Positions 20,017-28,919 of a DNA stretch of 28,919 bases are shown here, in pieces (position 1 is the stretch's first letter; every line of letters starts with the position of its first letter). The notes beneath the pieces are model-generated. The model saw nothing but the letters and a program-made list of their open reading frames with translations. It did not search any database and was not told where the DNA came from. The DNA lies in contig JBNGIO010006373.1 in the NCBI GenBank assembly GCA_049999805.1, positions 160,231 through 189,149 of the forward strand, given 5' to 3'. Source of the DNA: Folioceros fuciformis (lineage: Eukaryota). Both the position numbers and the translations under genes were made by a program.

Positions 20017-21387
20017 ATGGGGGAGGCTGAAGACCAAGCCGAGTACAATGCGGGGTACTTGGCTGTGATCGATGTGGAACGTCCTCCCTCTCGGCGCTAC
20101 CATTTCCACGCTCAGTTCACGCAGCCTGAGAAGAAAGGAAAGCCAGCCAACAATTTTCTGAAAGGGGTGAAGTGGGCTCCAGATGGCTCCGGCTTTTGCA
20201 CTTGCAGCGATGACAACAGTCTCCGGGTTTTCGATCTCCCAGCGGATGTCATTGCCCACGCGTGCGTGGAAGATGCGGCAGCAGCTGGTCAAGACTCGTA
20301 CTGTGCCGCCTTGAGGATCCAGGAGGGGGAGACCGTGTATGACTTCAGTTGGTACCCTGGAATGACTGCAGCAGATCCTGCAAGCTGCCTCGTGGCAAGC
20401 ACCAGCCGTGATCATCCCGTGCACCTCTGGGATGCTGTGTCGGGTGAGCTTCGGTGCAGCTATCGAGCCTACGATGCCATGGATGAAATTGCGGCTGCCT
20501 ACTCCGTTGCTTTCAATTCAGCGGGGAATAGAGTATTTTGCGGCTACAACAAGATGCTTAGGGTCTTCGATGCATCCAGGCCTGGAAGGGATTTCGATGA
20601 GTATTCCACGGTTAACAAGAGCAAAGATGGACTGCGGGGTATTATATCGTGCCTGGCGTTTAATCCCTATCAACCAGGGGTGCTAGCAGCTGGCTCGTAT
20701 AATCGGACTACCGCATTGTATGCGGAGGATAATGCGGAGCTGCTCTTTGTGCTTCATGGACAGGAGGGTGGAGTTACTCAGGTTTTGTTTTCCAAGGATG
20801 GAAACTACCTGTACACAGGAGGCAGGAAGGACCCGAACATTTTGTGCTGGGATGTTAGGAACACGGCTGGAGTTCTGTACAAGATGCCGAGAGTAGCTGC
20901 AGAAACCAACCAACGTATTGCTTTTGATATAGAATCGTCAGGAAGGTATTTGGGGACTGGAGGTCAGGATGGTCTGGTGCATGTGTATGATCTCCAAACA
21001 GGTGCATGGGTGACGAGTTTTCAAGGAGCTCTGGATACTGTGAATGGATTCTCATTTCATCCGACGTTACCCCTTGCAGCATCCTGTTCGGGACACCGCA
21101 GATTTGCACTTGATACGGCGGATGATGAAATTGAGAAGGGTGGTTCTGTCACGGTTGTTGAAAACTGTGCGTCTGTTTGGCAGTTCGAGTGGATGTGGCA
21201 GGCGGTGAGTTATGAAGGGTTAGAGTCAGAGCTGGCGACGACTCCTACCAGCAACAACATGCAGGAGGATCGAGATAACAATGGAGAATTTTATGCTTCC
21301 TCAGAGCACACTGCTACTCTGAGCACTTGTGAGCAGCAGCTGCTCGAGGATCCTGGTAGTCTGGTGGCTGTAGAAGTTGTGCAGTGA
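20017..21387 (+). CDS. WRAP53: WD40 protein WRAP53/TCAB1 (telomerase Cajal body protein 1), single exon
   Basis: NNFLKGVKWAPDGS, EGETVYDFSWYPGM, TSRDHPVHLWDA..GELRCSYRAYDAMDEI, VFDASRPGRDF, LYTGGRKD.ILCWDVR, TNQRIAFDI and NGFSFHP.LP.AASCSGHRRF are WRAP53 signature segments. First ATG is 20017. Confidence 0.93.
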   Translation: MGEAEDQAEYNAGYLAVIDVERPPSRRYHFHAQFTQPEKKGKPANNFLKGVKWAPDGSGFCTCSDDNSLRVFDLPADVIAHACVEDAAAAGQDSYCAALRIQEGETVYDFSWYPGMTAADPASCLVASTSRDHPVHLWDAVSGELRCSYRAYDAMDEIAAAYSVAFNSAGNRVFCGYNKMLRVFDASRPGRDFDEYSTVNKSKDGLRGIISCLAFNPYQPGVLAAGSYNRTTALYAEDNAELLFVLHGQEGGVTQVLFSKDGNYLYTGGRKDPNILCWDVRNTAGVLYKMPRVAAETNQRIAFDIESSGRYLGTGGQDGLVHVYDLQTGAWVTSFQGALDTVNGFSFHPTLPLAASCSGHRRFALDTADDEIEKGGSVTVVENCASVWQFEWMWQAVSYEGLESELATTPTSNNMQEDRDNNGEFYASSEHTATLSTCEQQLLEDPGSLVAVEVVQ

Positions 21388-22553
21388 TAGGATCCCGCTG
21401 GCACCACGTATGCTGGAGTAGCTGCCATCGTTGGCGTGGTGCTTGCATTCTTCGCGAGCTTCAGACTCCGATCCTGGTAGGTATAGTTCTACCAACATCC
21501 CTGGAGAAGCTGTTTTGGGCTTGGTGCTTGGTGTTGACTGCAGAGATTGAGAAGCATGCTCTGTGTTTGATGGTACAGAGTATTTGAAGGAAGGAAAAAA
21601 GAAACATTGAGGTGAAGCTTAGACGGGGATCCATCCTTTAGATCATGGACGTCTCAGGATCGGTTGTCAGGGTCTGCCTTCGAAATTGCCCAGGAGCTCC
21701 GAATCCTGGACAATAATGGACATCGGGAACTAATTTTATTGATCGAGTATGACAAGTGCTTCATCCTTTTTCAAAGTGCTAGTGAGTACCAGGTCTGACT
21801 CTAACCCCTGATAGCTCATTGGCCTCTAAAGCCTAGCGTGGTAGGCTCTGCGGCTGGACCGAACCTGGCCCACCGCACACAATATTCCAGAGTTGCAGTG
21901 GGTTGTCACGCCAATTGGTTGCTAACTGCCATGGTTGTCGCGACTAGTGTCTTCAATCTGGCACTTTCTTCCAGGATTTGGCTGGCATCCTTTGGGGATC
22001 TGAACTCTCTTTCAATTCTGAGCGCACTTCTTTCCGCAATTCTTCAAGCAGCTATGTTAAGTGTACCTTAAACTGCCCACCGTGACAGTGAGTCTACGGG
22101 CTGACGCTTGTTGCGGATCTAGAGCCACAACAGAGTAGGAAAATCAAGGTCGTGATCTTGACAGACATTTAATCCCTGCGAGGGCCTGTCATATTTCGCC
22201 GTTGGTGTACACGTGCCTGAGGCTCACCACGCGCTTGCGACCACAAACCTTGCATGCCCGTCGGCGGCACATCCTTTGAGCTCCACAACACCGGCGATCG
22301 TGGGAGCCTCTGGACAAATTTGGAGCGGAATATCGTCGAAAGAGAGTATGAGAAATGTTTCAGAACGGGTCACGTAGGGTATCGGGTTAAAAAAGACATC
22401 TCGGCTGGTAAAGAGTTCTCTTCCCCGTGTCACGAGCGTCCTCTGTGTCGTACTAGTTGCGATCAGGTGCACAGCGCAGCGCAGTGCAGGGCCCCCGATC
22501 CGGGTCTTTTGGAGGCGGAGTGATCATCCAGGGCATACGTCTTCAGCTCCGCC

Positions 22554-23368
22554 ATGGCGGATCCGAACTCTTCTTGGATTGGGTCGTTGAAGTACCTCTC
22601 GCCCTACTTCTACGCTGCGATGGGGATTGCCCTCTCCATCGGGGTCTCAGTTTTGGGAGCAGCGTGGTAAAATCCAGGGTCTTATGCTGGCTGGCTCGCT
22701 TGGCTCAAGATCGGAAATGGCCAGTTTTCTGACTGTGCTGGCGTTCTGCAAACAGGGGGATGCTCATAACTGGCAGCAGTCTGATTGGTGCTGCCATCAA
22801 AGTCCCACGGATCACTTCGAAAAATCTGGTCAGGTAAGGACGTGCACAGGATTTTGAGTCCTCGTGAATGAGGGCAACTGTGTCACTTCCCTTCCCTTTC
22901 CTTGCCTCCGATCTGACATAGTGCGCGTTTTGCAGTGTGATCTTTTGTGAGGCAGTTGCTATTTATGGTGTCATCGTGGCAATTATTCTGCAAACAAAGT
23001 TGGAGAGTGTCTCAAGCGAAAACCTATACCTTCCAACATCAATGCATGCTGGCTTTGCGATATTTGGCTCCGGCCTCATCGTGGGGCTGGCCAATTTGGC
23101 GTGCGGGTATGTATCACCGGGAGGGGGTGCATTTTCGTTTTCTTGGCTACTGACAATCAGCAGTCTGGTAACCATGTTGTGGTTGTTTGGCAGAATTTGT
23201 GTAGGAATTATTGGCAGCAGTTGTGCCTTAGCGGATGCTCAAAATTCAACCCTCTATGTGAAGATTCTGGTCATCGAGATCTTTGGCAGTGCCTTGGGTC
23301 TGTTTGGTGTCATTGTCGGAATTATTGTGTCCTCCCAAGCACAGTGGCCAACCACAGCTGTTAGCTGA
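22554..23368 (+). CDS. VHA-c'': V-type H+-ATPase proteolipid subunit c'' (VMA16/ATP6V0B-like), 178 aa; exons 22554-22666, 22756-22833, 22936-23106, 23194-23368
   Basis: Spliced product MADPNSSW...[48 protein letters not shown]...[26 protein letters not shown]. Three GT-AG introns (89, 102, 87 nt) are all phase-consistent; total 537 nt. Confidence 0.96.
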
Positions 23369-23956
23369 GCTTGAAGGTGGATCAGTGTGGAAGAAGCTTT
23401 CGTCATGGTATAACAAACAGTTCAACAGAATTTTACTCAGGCTTTCCTATATCAAAGTCCTTCTCATATGCCGAGCTCAGTGGCCACATGTCTACATCCT
23501 CTGCCATGAACTCCCCGAAACTTTAATGGACTCGGAGATGGTTAATCGTGATGTTGTGTCGTTGCAGATTTGCGTGGCAGCAGTGGGGTTGGCAGGACTC
23601 GAAGCCGCAGCGAAGATAATGCTGAACGCGATGCTTGGCAGTTTCTTCTTATCTCTAACTCAATCGTAGACACTTCAAAATCTGAATTCTCTGCTTGAAG
23701 GGCCTACTGGCAAAGAGAAATCTGGCAGTTGCCTTAGGATTTTGTCGCAGTCGTCGGAACCATGTCCTTCCAAGCAACATTCCCAGCCTGCCATAGCTCT
23801 AGTCTTCACGGAGTAGCTGAAGGTCATACTAAAGAAGTCTAGCTAACAAAGTTTGTACTCTAGCGAGGTGTGTTTTAGTACATGCCCCACCGGTGTGAGT
23901 GGAGTGTCGGGCAGCTCCTCAATTGTGGCCGGAAACCGAATTGCGCCCCCGTTGAG

Positions 23957-24564
23957 TCAAAAATTCAAATCATCCTCAGCTTTATGTTTTCGGAATTCAA
24001 ATCGCTGGCGGCCAGGCGATGTGGTCGGGCGTGCAATGTGGGTGGGCGCCTGCTCTCCCGCCATGATGACAACCAGCGGGTCCACGGTGTTCTCCTCCTC
24101 GTGCGGCAAGTTGTGGGCAATGGTGTTACGATCCACGAGCGGCAGTGGCTGATGCTGCGCCGCTTCTAAACCATCCGCTGCAGCTCCTTGTGCGTCGGCT
24201 GGATCGATGTTGTCCCTTGCCATATCTTCTCTTCTCATCCAAGAGCAAGTCAGCATGAAGAGAGCAAACATGACGAGCATGCTCATCACTGCAAAGCCCG
24301 CCACCACGTAAGGGAACGCCGCCATCGGCTGCGAATTCCATGGAGTATCACTGCCACACAAGACATTCACGAAGTCAGCGCCAATGCATTTCGAACGAGC
24401 TCAAAAGATACGTACATCGCAGATTGCAGAGAGTCCAGGCTTCCAGCACTCGAAACAAAGCCAGGCCCAGGCCCAGGACAGGCCCAGGCCGGCAACGACG
24501 GATTGGTCAAGGGGACGTACTTGCCAGTTGGCGTAATGGGTCCCGGGTAGTGGAGACCCGCCAT
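23957..24564 (-). CDS. GDU: GLUTAMINE DUMPER (GDU) family protein; main exon 24350-23957 plus a probable short first exon (24564-24521)
   Basis: TPWNSQPMAAFPYVVAGFAVMSMLVMFALFMLTCSW TM region and canonical VVIMAGEQAPTHIARP motif. Acceptor TGGCAG| at 24351. Phase-compatible GTACGT donors exist at 24520 and about 24415, so the extent of exon 1 is uncertain. Confidence 0.85.
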
Positions 24565-26415
24565 CCCTCCTTTCCGCGCTTGCCATCCATTCATGAACAC
24601 TTGCCCTCAGCTCCGGACTACTCCGAAGAATTCCAATCGGGGATTCCGACGCCTCGCGGACGGAGCCGACCCTGAAAGCGATCGGAATAGCTGCGAGGCT
24701 TCGTTCTTGCAGCGTGACGAGGCATGAACTCAGTCTGTGTGCAATCAGCTCAGTCTGGAGTCTGATTGCATACATGAAGAGTCCCCGACCGTTGGGAAGG
24801 AACAGTGTCAACCCGAGCAGAGGAGGGGAACCGGAATCGCCATCAGGGTGTCCTCAAAAGTCAGAATGATCCAAGATCTCTGCAGCAATTGCAATCGATG
24901 TCCCCCTGGAAGGAGCGCACAATTTTGCGACAGGCGACAAAGAAGACTTAGTCTAGTGCAGTGCTGCGCCCGGCGCTTGGGTTCCCCGAGCGTGAGTGTG
25001 GACCGAGGGAGAAAGAGGAGGACGAGCCTCGAGGGTAGTGGGTGTGCGGTCACTGGGCACTGGCCACTGCACTCCCACCGGGGTGGCACGCGGAGTATTC
25101 CCGTCCGGTCAGTTTCGGACTACAATCACAGCGGGGTGGTAGTACTACCCCAGATCTGAAGGGGGTACAACACGTCGAATGCGGCGATGGTGGAAGCCTG
25201 GAGGCAGCGCTTAGTAGGCCTAGCGCTGATGCTTCCGCACTGCTGCTAGCGACGGGACCCGGAGCAGCCGGACACCGTAAACAACAGGATTCTACACTGG
25301 TGGAGATTTGAAGAACAGAATGACATGGGATTGGAAGGAAAGGAGGAGTTGCAATCGATCTCGTCTGCTGCACGGCGCTCATGTTTTGTTTGTGCTTTTG
25401 CAAAAGTGATCATCTTGCAAGGGCTGGCCAGGCCAGGACCAAGTCCGGCGTCCGACGTTTCTCTTCGCGTTCGTTCCCTGGTCGCCAGATACATACGATT
25501 GGCTGCAGGCAAGGTTGCTGTGAGAGAGACGTCCCAAGTGGAGCTCATCCAGGGACCGGGAGAAAGATTGTTGCAGGTGACGCGTTTACGGCGGAATTCC
25601 GCCCGGCGCTGCGCTATGTATGTACATGCATACGATACAGACTCCCGGCAGACACATGTGCGATGTGGGAATAAAGCAGCGTTCGTCACAGGGCGGAACC
25701 AGGCGCACAGTTCATCGTGCTGTGCCTGATCACGACCGGTCACTGCCTGCTGACTCATGTGGAATCAACTACCCACTCTCATCACCAAATCTTCACGCTC
25801 CTGGTGCTGCTGCCTCGACCAACACTATGGCATGAGGACGCCAGCATTTGCCAACATAATTACCGGGCCTGTCTGGAGTCACTCCCGTCACAGGGGACGG
25901 AGGGCCTGGCAGCTTGCCTCTCCTGTGAGCGCGAAAGCCAACCCTTTTCTTGTGATTGCCATCAATGAGCAGTGTCAAATTAGCTCCGACTGCTTGTCGG
26001 ACTGAAGCAGAAGGTGGGTAGCTTCGCCAGTACTGACAATCAGCTTTCAACCATCCTGCTAAAGGATGTGGAAGTGTCCTAGCAACCACCCCCGATGACA
26101 TTCCACACGCATTCACACTTCACCACCTCGGGGAAGCGCTTTGCCAAGGACTTCGTCATCATTGTGTTTCAGCAATGATCTGCGTTATACACCAGCAATG
26201 TTTGGGTGGTGCACAACCGGACGACTCGCTGAATGCATGCTGCGCTAGCACGATGGCACCTGATGAACCCTCATGCTGCTGATAGACAATTCCTGTAGGG
26301 GTCCTGTACTCCGCACATCACAAAAAATCTGAGTTGCATGCTAACGCGGTAAATGCTCCGGCGGCCGGGGGTGTCGTTTGCTTCACGGGACATTCGCAAA
26401 TTACCCTGAAGATTG

Positions 26416-26515
26416 NNNNNNNNNNNNNNNNNNNNNNNNNNNNNNNNNNNNNNNNNNNNNNNNNNNNNNNNNNNNNNNNNNNNNNNNNNNNNNNNNNNNN
26501 NNNNNNNNNNNNNNN
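26416..26515. other. Assembly gap (100 N)
   Basis: Run of N; contiguity across it is not guaranteed. Confidence 0.98.
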
Positions 26516-26937
26516 TTGGATAGGTCCAGCGGACACTGCTGCAGCAAAAATCAACTCCCTGCAAGCCCATGATGTTCAGATTGTGAGCACACACGACCAC
26601 TACTACATAATCTACACATCAAAATGCCATCCGATGACGTTTTGCGGTCATGGGATTCCCATTGACTAACCATATTCGGAACGTGTCATGCTCTGCAGTA
26701 CTGCTCCTGGCGCAGAAACTGTCACTGGTATGTATTCTCTCAGCTGCAAAACCATTGGCATCGTCAACATTTGACCCGCAAACTGAAGCCCACCATTCTT
26801 GCAGAGTATTGAAAGAAGCCAGGCAACCAACCTTTTGTTCAGGATGATAGTGCAATGTGGCTCCAGCGGGGAACCCAGAAGTGCTCCTCAACTTGACCGT
26901 CCACTCTCCTACGTTTCAAACACCTTGGATAGACCAT

Positions 26938-28632
26938 TCAGGATGGGCAAGGACAATGTGAGACTTTCTTGTGCTGCCATTGTGGACGTTGAGCCGCTTT
27001 GTTAGCCTGTGACTGTATATAGGATCGAGCATATGAACGCTGGATGCAGAGCACAAAACTTGTCAGGAGGACAGGCCAACTCCGCTAAACACTGGTACGC
27101 AAGCGTTGCGCCTAGAACCTACCTTGCAGGCATTATTCTGGTAGTAGGCATCATGAACTTGCTCCAAACGTCGGCAAAGCTCAGCCCTCATCTTGGCTTC
27201 TGTATGTCTCCAGCCCCTCTCCCTGTTAAAAATTTCTTCTGCACCACAGGGGACCACCATTATTCAGCAGGGGGTTACGTAATGGTACAAAACGAGCAAA
27301 GAAAAGAAACAGGAATATATAAAAGCCTGGTCCTGCTGCCAAAAACCTAAGACACAGGATCAAGAAATCTTGAACCGTCTGAATCCAAGGACAGGTGCAG
27401 CGCAAGTTTGTAGTAGTACCTTGCAAATTCTTCATTTCCTGGTCCGAGCTGCAGTCGACATGGCTTGGACAGCGTATGTTGCAATAGCATTTTCGGTCCA
27501 TCTGCCTGTGGGAGGAAGTGTTGTTGGAGCATGATGTGCATTCATCCACTCGAGTAAGTGGAGACGATTGACCATATGTCCTGCTTAAACAGGAACCAAA
27601 TCTGGGGGCGCTGTCGCGTTTAGGCGGCGATCTCTCACTCAACCGCTGTGGTGAAAGGCAACAACTCCGAGATGGTGAAGTATCTCGCTTTTGCGAAGGG
27701 GGCACGCCCCTTCTAAAAGTTGGTGAGTTTCCACGTTTTCGCGATGATGAAGGTCTTGCATCTTGTTCCTGTTTACGAACTGCTATCGGGTTTGCCATCC
27801 TGCCCCCGGGAGTAGTGATTCGACTCGTTTTGGGAGACTCTGCAAAGTGCGCAGTTTTGCCCCCAACCTTCGAGTGTGGCCCAAGCTTTGGAGAGGAGTG
27901 ATCAGGCGAGGAACAAGGTTTGCTAGAACTCGCTTTGGATGTTGAGGGACAGGGTTTGGAGAGGACCGGGCAGGGTTTGGAGAGTACAGGACAGGGTTTG
28001 GAGAGTACAGGACAGGGTTTGGAGAGCACCGGGCAAGGTTTGGAAAGGACGGGACATGGTTTGGAAAGGACGGGACATGGTTTGGAAAGGACTGAACATG
28101 GTTTGGATAGGACTGGACATGGTTTGGATAGGACAGGACATGGTTTAGATAGGACAGGACAAGGTGTAGACAAGACAGGACATTTCGGAGACAAGAGGGG
28201 ACATGTCGGAGATGAAGGTGTGGTGTTTGCTTCACTTCCTTGCATCTGTAGAGTAAGCCATCCACGGAGTCAACATGCTAACATTACCACAACCCAATTA
28301 AACAATATGTTTTCTTCAGACCGCCATTCAAAAGCAACCAGATTTGCGAATATTTCACTTCAGCGGCAACATACCTTACTACGAGGAGAGTGGTATGTAC
28401 AACTCGTAGGGGAGGCGAGGGCACCACATGTATCTATTGCACGTCAAGAATGTCAGGATTCCTCCATGAAAAGCCCGTGATCAAATCTGCCCTAGAATTT
28501 TATCACTGGGAGCTCATGCTGAAAAAGAATCTTACCATTCTCGTACAGCTCGTTTGTGAACACATCCATACATGTGGAGCGCTTTATGCAAGCATCACGC
28601 TCTGCTTGAGATATGGTTCTGGTTTCAAGCAT
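26938..28632 (-). CDS. Unrecognised 399-aa Cys/Pro/Ser-rich repeat protein; exons 28632-28536, 28433-28375, 28245-27420, 27238-27123, 27039-26938
   Basis: Four GT-AG introns (102, 129, 181, 83 nt; donors GTAAGA, GTATGT, GTACTA, GTAGGT) join in phase to a 1200-nt stop-free frame. An in-frame stop lies two codons upstream of the ATG. Repeat variation is synonymous on this strand. Confidence 0.8.
27947..28198 (-). repeat. Coding 21-bp tandem repeat, about 12 copies, encoding (KPCPVLS)n
   Basis: Plus-strand unit GG[A/G]CA[G/A/T]GGTTT[G/A]GA[G/A/T]AG[G/T/C]AC[N]; the last two units (28157-28198) are degenerate. Confidence 0.95.
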
Positions 28633-28919
28633 TAGTCACACCAGATGGTCAGCTACGGAGCATGATTTTAACTCAGACTCTCTGTCCCCATTCCCCCAGG
28701 TTTCCTCCTGCCGGCGCCCCCTCTCTCCCCACTCTTCCCTCCCTTTAAGTAAGCGCCAATTGCAATTCTAGGAAACGCTATCTACTAGTATTTTCAACTG
28801 AGGAACTAACTAACAGCAAGGCGGAAAGCATAACTTGGGTTGATCTATTCGGAGAACTTACAATTGCAAAGCCGTCAGCCGCTCTTGTGCTGTCTTCAGG
28901 CTCGACCGCATTTGTTCAT

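Noticed and set aside
19441-20424. 327-aa antisense ORF across the PPR3 end and WRAP53 start
   Set aside because: Overlaps two well-supported plus-strand genes and has no recognisable motif; shadow ORF.
25750-26415. Candidate minus-strand micro-exons with AG/GT boundaries near 26125-26290
   Set aside because: Phases could not be joined without stop codons, and the adjacent gap prevents a model.
27947-28198. CRISPR-like or telomeric interpretation of the repeat
   Set aside because: Units are head-to-tail with no spacers, are not TTTAGGG arrays, and lie in a eukaryotic coding exon.
27920-28480. Plus-strand ORF with (GQGLERT)n repeats
   Set aside because: Repeat variation is non-synonymous in this frame and splice signals support the minus strand.

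Overview
Compact, gene-dense nuclear DNA from a land plant. It most resembles a seed-free plant such as a hornwort; this is inferred from 78-181 nt introns, tight gene spacing and PLS-PPR genes with a 'PGxSWW' box. In order, the window holds: two tandem BAHD acyltransferases (a GLAUCE-like gene whose exon 1 contains an assembly gap, and an ASFT/omega-hydroxyacid feruloyltransferase-like gene); a divergent GLUTAMINE DUMPER-like gene; a decayed F-box pseudogene; three tandem PLS-class PPR RNA-editing-factor genes that all stop just after a WW-type PG box with no deaminase domain; an intronless WRAP53/TCAB1; a 4-exon V-ATPase c'' gene; a second GDU-like gene; and a hand-assembled 5-exon orphan gene encoding a Cys/Pro heptad repeat (KPCPVLS) that varies almost only at synonymous sites. 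The most interesting items are the PPR array and the orphan repeat protein. All gene models were read by eye from splice signals and frame continuity; no database searches were run.
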